From assembly GCA_043228905.1 (NCBI GenBank), contig JBHGNT010000005.1, forward strand, positions 21,700,001 through 21,764,000: 64,000 nucleotides of DNA, written 5' to 3'. The translations under genes and the position numbers were made by a program. Below, piece by piece: positions 1 through 11,700 of the stretch. This DNA comes from Azolla caroliniana. Its lineage: Eukaryota > Plantae > Polypodiophyta. Position 1 is the stretch's first letter, and each line of letters opens with the position of its first letter. Under the pieces are notes generated by a model. The model was not told the origin of the DNA and made no database searches. It worked only from the letters and a program-made list of their open reading frames with translations.

Positions 1-3000
1 AAGCGACTTCTTAAGATGGCACACCGCCGACTTGTTCATCTTTGACTGAAAACTGGGAGGTTGGATCATATAGACCTGTCCTTCAAGGTCACCTTGAAGA
101 AACGCATTCTTCACGTCCATCTAGTGAAGATGCCACCCCCTTGCTGCAACAATCGCCAGTACCACACGAACCATTGTCATCTTCGCTACTGGAGCGAAGG
201 TCTTGTCGTAGTCAATTCTGTGGGTCTGTGCGTATCCCTTCACCACTAACCAGGCCTTGTATCGGTTAACCAAACCGTCGGCATTGTACTTTACCTTGTA
301 CACCCATTTTTCAACCGATTGGTTTACAATGTTAGGAAGGGTTGAGGCCCCATGTGTCGTTGGCATCGAATGCCCATATTTCTTCTTCCATAGCGGCACG
401 CCAATTTGCATCTTTTGCCGCTTCTGCGTAGCTCTCCGGTTCATGCACTTCCGCCACTTTGGTCATGTACGCATAATGATGCACCATGTACTCATTGTAA
501 CCATACCGCGTAATGGGGTTCTTTTGGTGGGAAGACCGGTTTAACTTGTCATCACTCGGTTTGGGGCCCTTCTTGGCCGGTTCAGACTTTGTTTCCGAAG
601 ATTCGCCTTCATTCTTTCCGGAGTCGGGTTCGCTCCGATCCGACTCAAAGTTGCCGGTTTCGTATACCGACATCTTTTGCTTCCCTTTCTCTTTGCGCGT
701 GAACTGTCTCCTCGATTCCTTGTGCGGGGAGAGCACGACAGAGTCTCCACTATTCACTGATTTGTCATCTGATTGGTCACTCTGACCTAGTCGGTCGTTC
801 GGTCCACTCAACCGAAACGATTATGGACTCTCTTCTAGAGTCTCAAGCTCGTCATCTTTTATCTGGATCATTTCAGGCTCACTGGCCTCATCCTCCGAGA
901 TTGGGTCGGAGTCGGAAGTTGGAGTCGGTAGAGAGTACAACGAAGCTGTCTCGTCGAACTCAAGATCTCGACTTACTCGGACCTGCTTCGTCCGGGGGTT
1001 ATAGCACTTATACCCCTTCTGCTCATGCGAGTAACCGACCATGATGCACTTCTCCGACTTCGGATCAAGCTTCCTCCGCCTCTCATCTGGTACATGCACA
1101 TATGCTATGCTGCCAAATATCCGAAGGTGTCTCAAATTCGGCTTGTGCCCGAAATACAGCTCGTGTGCTGACACCTTGTCACCGATCCGATTTTGGATGT
1201 AGACGGCCATCCGAACCGCCTCAACCTAGTAGAAATGGGCATGCTCTTCTCCTCTAGCATTGCCCTTGCCACGTCAACAATCGACCGATTCTTCGTTTCG
1301 GCCGCACCGTTTTGCTCCAGTGTGTATCTACAACTGAATTCTCTCTCAATTCCGTTCTGCTGCAGATAACTGTTGAATTGGCCGGAAAAGTATTCTTTTC
1401 TGCTATCCGACCGCAAGCACTTGATCTTCCTCTCCGTTTCCCGTTCAACCAAGCTTTGAAGGTTCCGGAAACATTCGAAGAATTCGCTCTTCCTCTATCG
1501 ATGAGGTAGATCCAAGTGTGCCGGTTGTAGTCGTCGATGAAGGAGATGAAATATCAACTCCCGCCAAGACTTACGTTCTCTGCCAGTCCTCATACATCCG
1601 AATGTATTAGATCGAGCTTTTTACGACTCCGGTTTTGTTCGGTGGGGAATGGAAGCTGGTGTTGCTTCCTGAGTTGGCAGGCTTCACAAATTTCAGCCCT
1701 CCGACCGCTAAATTTCGGCAAAACTGAAAATGAATTGTTTCGATTGCAGGTCTTGAAGCCTCCGATAATTGACATGGCCGATCCACTTATGCCAGAGATT
1801 GATGTCTAATTCAATCTTCTGTCCTTTGGCAAACATGGCGGTGTCGATGTCATTAGTGTTGAGGATGAACATCCTCCCTTCTCTGTGTCCTTGGGCAATA
1901 ATCTGGCCGTCTTCCTCAATGAAGCACCCGAGGTGCATAAACCGCACCTGCATCCCCTGGTTGACGATTTGTCCGATTGACACCAGGTTCTTTGTGATTG
2001 TCGGTACGTGTAATACGTTCGTCAACTTCCCCTTTTGTCCAACATGGCTTAAAGGGACTTCTCCGACATGCACAATCAGGTGAGGGGTGTCGTCTCCGGT
2101 TTTGATAATTCTTGGTTGTTCCGACTTCTCAAAAAATGAGAACCATTCTTCATGACTCGTCATGTGGTTCAACGCACCGGAATCAACGTACCATACTTCC
2201 TCCGATTTGGAAGTAGTCTTCTTTATCTAGTTAGCCTTGTGTTTCATTACGAAGGCTGGCCCCTTTCCGGTTTTCCTGGTTCCAGATGCTTTCGATCCTT
2301 TTGCGTAGTGCGAGCTTTGTCGGTTTTCTCGACCGGCCTTGCCGAATCCGGATTTGGCCGAATTGGCGTGCTTCTTCGAGCACTCGCTTTCGCTGTGGCC
2401 CTTTTTGCCACAATACCAGCATTCTGTGTCGGCTTCTCATTGTCGTCTTCTGGCGCCGCTTTGACTCCCCCTGCTTGTGGAGGGTCCGGAACTGCTGTCG
2501 ACACCATCTCTTTGCCTTCGGTTATGCCATGAGGCCGATTTGTCTCCGTGTACAACATCCGGCCATCCGATTGAGTGGTCCTCGACCCACTCACATGGTT
2601 TTCTTCGACAATCAGCATCGATTGCAAGTCGAAGAAAGTCGGTGGCTTCTCCCGAGTGCATATCGCTGTTCGGATTAGTCTGTACCTTTGCGCTAGACCA
2701 CCGAGGCAGATTTGTACCATCTCGTCTTCATCCACCGTCATGTTGATGGACCCGAGTGCGTCACAAATCTCCTTTATTTTGGTGGTGTAATCCGTAACCG
2801 ACATGTCTCTTTGTCGGATGTTGTTCAGCTCTTGCCGGAGCTGTAATTTACGGGTTGTGATACTCGCGGCAAAAATCTTCCTTAGATTTCCCCAGGCCTC
2901 CTTCGGCCTTTTTGAATCCTTTATGTAGCCGAGCATCTGGTCGTGCACAGAGCATGCGAGGCAGTACAATACCCGACTCGCTCCTTGCTCCCATACCAGG

Positions 3001-3262
3001 AAGTCATTTTGTGCAGTCTCTAGCGCTACCTCATTCGTTCGTTCCACGAAGCGCCAATATCCATGCCCCAGCAGGTATTGGTGCATTTTATATGACCATG
3101 ACGCGTAGTCGCTCCGATCGAGCTTCTCTGTGGGAAGTGAACTCGCCATACCTCTGTTCATATCTTTCCTTGTCTGTCCTTACTGGGTTCTAGGGTTCGT
3201 CTACGAAAGCAAGTGTCGACCGGTTGTTTCCGGATGCCGATCCGAATCCGGTTGATCTTGCT
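1..3262 (-). mobile_element. Ty1/copia LTR retrotransposon internal region, degenerate; runs off the left edge; no 5' LTR or PBS
   Basis: Minus-strand domains in Copia order: gag (3161, EKLDRSDYASWSYKM...), CCHC knuckle CWYCGKKGHSESEC (~2410), protease WYVDSG (~2190), GAG-pre-integrase LWHKWIGH, integrase (KLDLIHSDV; KIKCLRSD; QNGAAETKNR), SH3-like KLDPKSEKC, RT (KWVYKVK...YKAWLVVKGYAQ). Many frameshifts and stops. Confidence 0.93.
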
Positions 3263-3264
3263 CG

Positions 3265-4860
3265 CTCAACAAGACCAAACAAGATCAATGCTATGACTTG
3301 GGAAGTATCGCATCTGAAGGTGGCCGCATATATATGGTGTTTTATAGACATGAGTCTATACAACAACTTCAACAAAGAAACAAAAGCAGGTGTCCTATGG
3401 AAGAAGATCGACGTCATGTTCAAAAACAAGAACGCCGTGAACCGAGTCTCAGTATTTCGAAAAATCATGAGGCTCCGGTATCAGGATGGTTCCAATATGG
3501 CGGAGCACATCAATGCCTTCCAAGGATTGATGAACCAAACCACCTCTCTAGAAGTACCTCTGGCTGATGAGGTATTAGCAGTGTTGTTGTTGGGATCCCT
3601 TCCGAACAGTTGGTAAACGCTGGTTGTCACATTGGGCAACACGAGACCGGAAGGGAACACCTATGGTGAAGTCGAGCTTGCTAAACAAAGAAGTTCGTCG
3701 GAAGGATCGAGATTCCAACACCGACCAGAAGGCCTTAGTCACGGAAGGTGACACGATTCGCGGAAGAAGCTGAAATTGAAGTCCCTAGAACTGAGATAAG
3801 TCGGGGACCAGGTTGAAGTTGAGGGGGAGACCCACATGCTTCTACTGTGGGAAGCCAGGGCAATTCCAGGAAAATTGTCGACACTTTCGAAAGGAGAAAG
3901 GGGGAGTTGATGGTGTAGAGCCGAAGAAAATCCCGGACAGGAAGAACACCTCAACAATCGCTGCGAGTGAGGAGGAGTTGTTGCTCATTAGTGAGCAAAA
4001 CGAAGTGAATCTTGCAGGCGAAGAATCGACATGGGTGGTCGATTTGGGTGCGTGTTTCACCTAACCCCTGATCGAAAGTGCTTCTCCCTACAAAGTCGAA
4101 GATCTCGAATATGTAAAGATGGGAAATGAAGGAGCATGCCGAATCGTCGGCATTGGAGATGTGTGTTTGGAAACCTCAACCGGGTGCAGACTTGTGTTGA
4201 GAGATGTAGGACACGTTCCGGAGGTTCGATTGAACCTAATATCAGTCGGTCAGCTAGATGATGAAGACTACACGGGTAGCATCCGGAGCGGGGTCATGAA
4301 GTTCTGCAAGGCAAGTTTGATTGTGGCTCGAGCCCGGAAAACCAACACAATGTACATAATGAATGCTCGAATATGCAGAGGGGAAGCAAACATGGCAGCC
4401 GATGCGGTCGATGAATTGTGGCACAGGAGGTTGTGCCATATGAGCTAGAAGGGGATGTGAAAGCGTGCCGAGGACAACCTCATTCCGGAGGTGAAGAACG
4501 TGCAACTTGAGAAGTGCACTGATTGCTTGGCCGGAAGTAGAATCGAAAATCCTTCCAAACGAGGCCCTTGATGAGGAAAAAAATGTCGTTGGAACTCGTG
4601 CATACGAACTTATGCTATGTGGATACGAAGTTGCATGGTGGTTCGAAGTATTTCGTGACCTTCATTGATGACTGTAGCCAGAAGTTGTGGGCTTCCGTGC
4701 TAAAGACGAAGGATCAAGTGTTATCCGTCTTCAAAGAGGTCCAAGCGAGGGCTGAGAGAGAAACTGGTTGAAAACTGAAGGTAGTATGAGCGGACAATGG
4801 CAGAGAGTATCGTGGACCCTTCGAGGAATATTGCCAAAATCAAGGAATCAACCATGAACT
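3265..4860 (+). mobile_element. Second Ty1/copia (Tnt1/Tork-like) fragment: gag-protease-integrase, truncated at both ends
   Basis: gag (MAEHINAFQGL...LLLGSLPNSW), knuckle CFYCGKPGQFQENC, protease WVVDLGACF, LWHRRLCHMS, integrase LELVHTNLC...YFVTFIDD...ADNGREY. Stops at several places. Confidence 0.9.
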
Positions 4861-5575
4861 CTTCCCCTGGGATTACCAATGTTCACTGCGACCGTGGGTA
4901 CCTGCATAACTTGCATCTTCCATTCTTTAAACATAACAAACTCAACTCCCAATAGGACTGCTTTTGTATATTGCCTCTGGCCACTGTAATTTCAATACCA
5001 ATGGAGGATTTTTTTGAGAAAAAAAACAAACTCAACTCCCACAATTGAGGGATTTTCAGCCTCAATTCGTGTGATCATTTTTTGCATTTCACTATTCCCA
5101 ATGTCCTCTAGACTTTCCATGTCCTTCCCTTTCCTCATCGACGCCTTAACCATATGTGGGTCTCGAGTCTTGGAAGTAAATCGATTGGAGTTGCTATAAT
5201 TATCTTGCACATTTGGATTTCCTCTTTCATTTGTGACAGGATATCAAATCTATTTGAAATGGAACCGGCACTTGTAGGTGGACCATTAAGACCATGAATG
5301 TCAGGCCTGGCCACTTTCCTCGGTGATACCCATCCTTCTTCCCCAACTACTTGCTTCCCATCATGAACCAGGGTCATCTAGCCTCCTATCATTTTCTTTG
5401 GGTTATCTGACATCTTGATGCCCTGATTTCCTCTACCTCCTCTTTCCTTCCAATACAAAGGGCTCTATTTGGCCATATGGCCCATCTCCTTACATGCAAA
5501 GTACTGACCCGACAAGCCTTCATAACCAACCTTCCCCACCCTCAAGCCAAAATCATCTCTATGTACTCTAATCTC
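4861..5575 (-). mobile_element. LINE (L1-like) ORF1 relic
   Basis: Minus strand gives a decayed knuckle GLSGQYFACKEMGHMAK (~5470-5520) followed by SNRFDILSQ, typical of the C-terminal part of plant L1 ORF1. Confidence 0.55.
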
Positions 5576-5642
5576 TAAGCATGACCCTTTTTATACAATG
5601 AATGGTATATTTGTCCCCTTATGTCATAGTACTTGAACACGT

Positions 5643-6366
5643 TGTCGTGAAGATTTTCGTCCACGAGCGGAAACCCGAGCAACGAGAGCCAAAGAGCGAT
5701 GTGCAACGTTGCACACGTACATAATATATTTGTAATAATAATAGGGGAAAAGGGTATGGTGCTAGAAATGCCCCATAAGATCCCTAAGGTATAAAGGTGA
5801 TGTGGTCTTGTGCGCACATCCACGCGAGAGAGAGAGAGAGAGAGGTACTATGTGGTACATAGGTACCTAGTTGTTTGTGAGGAGGTGGGAGTTAAGGGGC
5901 CATCAATCTCACCCTCCCCAAATCAAGGCAAATATCCCCTTTGAATGAAAGGGGATATTTTAGTCTCGTTTTTGTAAACGGTCTTCCCTCCTTGTGCTAT
6001 AAAAGGAGAGGGAAGGCACCATTGTGAGGGTTGCCTATTTTGAGTGTGCGAGGTATACCACATAGGTCGAGCGTTAGGGTTAGGGTTAGGGTTTCTTTAT
6101 CGTGATCTTCATCTTCGTCGGTTAGGGTTTCGAGTAGTCGTTTGGTGTGGCCGATGCGGCCACCATTTTGTAATCGTTCATTTCGTTTTAATATATCTTG
6201 TTGATAATCTTGTCTCCATCTTCCTCTTGTTTGATCTAATCTCTTGTTCATTCTTCTTCTTCTTGAGCAAAGCTTCCATTCCATGTCCGATTCCTTCTCC
6301 TCTACTCCTTAGTCCAAGACCCCCGTGGTCCCGCCCTTCTCCACGCACGCGTGTAGCAACGCGACA
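5643..6366. mobile_element. Solo LTR (724 bp)
   Basis: Termini TGTCG...CGACA, flanked by ACGT on both sides (5639-5642, 6367-6370). Internal TATA-like CTATAAAAGG (~5997), a (GA)n run and (TTAGGG)3. Confidence 0.75.
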
Positions 6367-7146
6367 ACGTGACTTTACGTTAACTATGAAGTGTGAGCCA
6401 CTACACCCAAGCTACACCGACAAGTTTAATATGCATCGCAATTGTTATTTGAAACATGATTATTGTGGTGAACCCATCACGTTTATAAAATTAATCGCTT
6501 AATATTTTAAAGCTTGTGGATGTAGAATAGATGATGTGACATTTTTCACTCGATATGATAGTTGGTCTTTTGAAAACAACTAGGTAGAAAGCCACATTAC
6601 TTATCACAATTTATCTCATATAATCAACGTTTGATTTCATGTACAATAATGTATATATGCGACATCATTACACAATGTGTGGTGTTATTGAATCCCTTAT
6701 AAGATATTTTCCATACAATGGAGTGGTAATATGAGCAGGTAATATTACAAACTTACCTTGAAAGATTCCTTAAATTTTGATGAAAATCCATAAATATTCC
6801 CTCAAATTTTGAAAAAATGTTTACTTGTCTGGAACGTGTTGTCTTAAAAAATTAATCCAATGTTGAACCTTTTATATACTAGTTTAAATATTGCAAATCC
6901 CACAATTTAATTTTTTGTTACAAATATAAGTGTTGTCTATACACACTTGTACATGAAAACAAGTAGTGTAAATCATTCTACACGCATGAGGCTCTACAAA
7001 AGGCCAATTGAACTACTAAATACTTCCAGTAAAGCAATTGCAGATGTGAAATAAGTTTTTACTAATTAAATATATTGTAAAAAAATCGTGGATAAGTGAA
7101 TATCAAAATACCATGTAATCTAGTTGCACAAGAGACAACTGATCAT

Positions 7147-7322
7147 AGTACACATACTAAGAAATGTGAATTCATATGAATAAGAAAAGCAAAACATTGA
7201 ACGTTAGTACACATAATAAGAAATGTGAATTCATATGAATAGAAAAAGCAAAACATTGAACATTAGTACATGTACTAAGAAATGTGAATTCATATGAATA
7301 GATAAAGCAAATCATTGAACAT
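7147..7322. repeat. Tandem repeat, ~59-bp unit x3
   Basis: TAGTACACATACTAAGAAATGTGAATTCATATGAATA...AAAGCAAAACATTGAAC occurs three times. Confidence 0.9.
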
Positions 7323-8052
7323 TCAGCCTCTAGGACCATGATTTTAAGGATTAAGCTTAAGTTGATAGGTTCATTCTAGTCACTTTTTGTGGTAAGATGC
7401 GAAATTTCTATTTATATAGTTTTAACTTCTCTTCATAAGCCTTGTGGACCTCCAAATTCCAAAACTTTATATAGGGCTAAGTATGCTAAATTTATTGTGG
7501 ACCTTTCAAATTCCTAAAGTATATTTGTTCATATGCCTATTGTCTTGTTCTCAATGGTGAAAACATTCATTCTAATTTTCATGTTCGTTGTCTAAATGAA
7601 CTCATTGGTTTGAATGACAACATTGCAATAATCTTTCAAGATCTAGTAATTCACAAGGATTTATCTTGTATGCTTGATTCGCCAATAAAATTCCTGATGC
7701 TCAAGCGCAACATTTGAGATATAACCAAATTCAAGAATTCAAAATTAAATGGTAGGATCAAACTCTATGCGTATGCCCCTAGGGTTAGGTTCTGGTTGCA
7801 AAAAAGTGTATGAAATAATAGTATTTCAATTTTGCATTTAACACTGTACACACAAAACATAATTTTTGAGCGGATAGAATTAAAAGCTTGTATGTTATAA
7901 CAACAAAGTGATATTAAACCAACAGGGTAGTTACTTTGTATATGTGAAAATAGTTTTATGCATAGATCTCGATAAATTAATGAGGAATAGGTCATTGCAA
8001 GCTAAAGCATCTATGCCAAGTATGTATACTTAATAAGTTATAAGTTATAACT

Positions 8053-8690
8053 TATACATATGTATAATTGTATTAGAGGATGGTATTTGTGGGTTGAATT
8101 TAAAACAAAAAAAGTTTTTCTTTTTAAATTATTATTATTTTGTCATGAATAAAAAGATAAGAATAATGAAGATAATTAAAATAAGAATTAAGAAAAAAGC
8201 AAATTAATGAAGAGGAAACTGGAAATGGGTATTATAAATAACTGGATAAAAAAAGAAAACATAAGCCCAAAAAAAGCAAAAAGCAAAACGCAAAAGCAGG
8301 AATAGGAGCCCAATTCTTGTCTTTCTTCTTCATTTTTCCCTGAGATTTTCTTTGTCTTTATACATATGTATTAGAGGATGTTATTTGTAGGTTGAATTTA
8401 AAACAAAATTGTTTTTAAATTTTTTTTTATATCATGAATAAAAAGATAAGAATAATGAAGAAATGAAGATAATTAAAATAAGAATTAAGAAAAAAGCAAA
8501 TTAATGAAGAGGAAACTGGAAATGGGTATTATAAATAAATTGGATGAAAAAAGAAAACATAAGGCTAAGAAAAAGCAAAAAGCAAAAAGCAAAAAGCAAA
8601 AAGCAAAACGCAAAAACGCAAAACGTAAACGCAGGAATAGCAGCCCAATTCTTGTCTTTCTTCTTCATTTTTCCCTGAGATTTTCTTTTG
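8053..8690. repeat. Tandem duplication (~305-330 bp x2) directly upstream of the RIP start codon
   Basis: TATACATATGTA...GAGATTTTCTTT at 8053-8357 and again at 8358-8690; the second copy has an expanded AAAAAGC run. Confidence 0.9.
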
Positions 8691-8751
8691 TGTTTAGAAC
8701 TGTGTTTTGCTTTGCTGTGTTACTGTCATGAGCGCCTGCATATGAGACAGC

Positions 8752-11700
8752 ATGGACAAGAACCCGAGCAGAAGAAGGTCCCCCTTCAAACCCCGGCATC
8801 CCAATTGGAAGCAGAAGGTTCGTCCCTCTCTCTTGAATCTCTTTTCCTAATCCTTTTTCTCTTCTTTTCCTAATGTTTTTGCTGTATTTCTTCCATCATC
8901 TTAACTCAGAAAGTCACCATCTCTCTCCTTTCTTACGTTTTTTGATGCTTTCACTATTTCTTTGCGTCTTTCGTTTCTTTCTTTCAAATTTTTAGGTTTA
9001 TTTTATTATTTCCCTACACTCGTTCTACTTTAGCCTTTGTTTTAATTTTTTGCTAATTTAATCCATTTTTCGTTACAATTTTTTAAATCTGTCTATTTTA
9101 CCATTTAAGCTTGAGTTTGTTTTTCAGCTCAGAGAGAGTTGTCTTGAAAGGGTGAAAAATGATCGGAATCAGCTGCTGTGGAAAATCAGGTTAACACCAC
9201 CTGGATCTGATCATGTGAGTTTTCTCTTTACCAGTTTCCTTTTGCATGCACGAATTAATAGGAAATTGTCAACAAATGCCACAAAATATTTTATGTGAAT
9301 TTAGTAGAATTTCACGGGAACTCTTCTTCTGCATATGTGGTGTTTTATCCATGTTGTAAGATGTCATATATCAGAAATCCATGTATTTCTGCTCGTTTTT
9401 TCTCCTTTTAATAGATATTTACCACTTGGAAAGCTAGACCATAGTTTCATGCAAATGCTTTTTCTGCATGTGTGTTTAGTTATCCATGTTGTAATACCAT
9501 TCATCTCTGATGTGAATGACCATATTTTTTTAAGACAGTATGCATTTTTTGAGCTTTTCTCTTCCCAATATTTTAATGAATTCCCATACTAATTGATATG
9601 GATGGGGACCTTCCATGCTAGTAACTTCTGCTAGTCATAATTATCCAAATGTGTTTATGCTATTTATGTTTTAGAATGCGAGCATGGAATTTGTGTAAAA
9701 ATATATGTTGGTCCACTCTGACAGTGTACATCTGAAGATAGAAACTAAATTTGATTGAATAGATGCTTTTTAGATCAATCATTTTTCTTTGACCTGTATT
9801 CTTTCCGTCTTTTAGAACAACTGCTCACCACATAGAAACGTACTAAGGTCATATAGGTAATTTAGGAATTTCTCAATTTCGTTCTTTAAAGAAAGAACTA
9901 ATATAAAATGCATAATAAATAGCTCACAACATTTAAATATAACATATCATTGGAATGACTTTGATCAATGGCCTCCAATCATACCATCTCAGTCTGCGAT
10001 TCTATATTTGAGATATGTTAGATGTAATGTCATCAACCCTATTCCCAAACTAGTGAGATCTTTCCAGATAATATAAAAATGTGTTTAATAACATCCCTTG
10101 TGGACCTTTCCAAGGGTGCTGCATTTTAATGATGTATCAGTTTCTGTGGACTCAAATAAATTAACTTTGTTTCCATGGACTGGTTGTTTATGGTTATAAG
10201 ATGTTTAAAGGAAGTTTTCTTGTTTTGAGAGAGAGGGAGAGGGAGAGAGCTTTGTGACTTATATCTAGTATTTGTCCCCCATGGTCTTCCTTCCTTGCGG
10301 AGATCCCATTTTATTTTTTTATATGGCTTGTACAACTTTATTGTGGAGTGATTTGGGCTTATGCCATTTTGCTAGTTATCCCATATCTATTTTTTGTTTT
10401 CTATGCTGCCACACTTGACAATACCCCATTGGCTAAAGCTAGGTGTGAATCAGCAATAACATTGCCATCCATCTCGTTTCCACTTGTTAATGATCTTTGC
10501 AGGCCTTTCTCCAACTGCTGTGAAGTAGTTATTCTCATATTCCACAGTGTGAAATTATTCCTTTTGAAAATCTCGAATTTATATTTTGATGCCACTTTTT
10601 AAGAGGCATTACTTTTTTTTTACTAACTGGATCTGACAATAGAACAAAAAACCAGCCAGAAACCCAGAGCTCTGATACTGCTGTCAGGATGTTGTGGTAC
10701 AGGACAGCCAATTACAACGAAGGATCGAGATGTGGACTAGTAAACCAACTGATTATTATTATTCTTTCTTACACATACTTGGAAGTCCTATATATGCTAT
10801 GTATAGTGACCAAGAAACATCAAAGTTGGATCCAAACTCCAAAAATGATCATTTTCTCAGCGTATACGGATTGAGTCAAGGGGTATTGCCTGTTAGATCT
10901 CACTTCCAACAAGGTAGTGATTAGTAGAGATGTATTTGGGAAAGTCAAGATACAGAAAAATAAATATAATGCCACCTTAAAAGGGAAACCAGAGACTAGT
11001 ATAATTAAGGTGAAGATAGACTAGAGCAAGAAGTTCCAGATTTTTCTGAAGTAACACTAGAGCACAATGAACAAGAGAAAACTGAGCTTGTAACTCCACA
11101 AGTTCAATGATAAACTCGGCAGAGGAGAGCACCGGCCTATCAGTCAAGGGTACATTATGACGGGAAGTGTTGCATACTGTCTATAAGCAGAGGATGGAGA
11201 GGTATCAAGTTTCCGTGAGGCTACAAAAAATCAGGAAGCTTATCTGGGGAGGGTAGCAATACAAGACGAAACTGAGGCTCTCCATAAAAAGACATGGGAT
11301 GTTGCTCCACTAATACAAGGAAGGAAGGCCATTGGGAAGACAAGGAGTTTATAAGATTAAATGACATTGCAATGCCCAGTGGAGCAATATATGCAAGATT
11401 GGATGTGAAGGGGCAGTTACATACGAAGGTATAGACATCAACGAAATATTTTCTCCCATTGTTCAACTCAATGTTATTCCAGTAATTATGGTGATTTGTG
11501 CTGCATTTGACTTGCACATTAAGCAATTAATGTGTAAATGACTTTTTGTAATGGAGAACTTGAAGAAGAGGTTTACATGCTACAACCAAGAGGTTTAAAA
11601 GAAAAAGCAAAAGGGAACTTGGTTTGGAGATCGAACAAATCTCTATATGGTCTCAAATATGTGCTGAGATGTTGGTATAATAAATTTGATTATTTTATCA

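Noticed and set aside
6073-6092. (TTAGGG)3 as an interstitial telomere, also (CCCTAA)3 at ~25431
   Set aside because: Only three units each; one lies in a solo LTR and the other encodes NPNPNP in STIG1.
8504-8731. Lys-rich 75-aa ORF
   Set aside because: It arises from AAAAAGC repeats in the duplicated RIP promoter.
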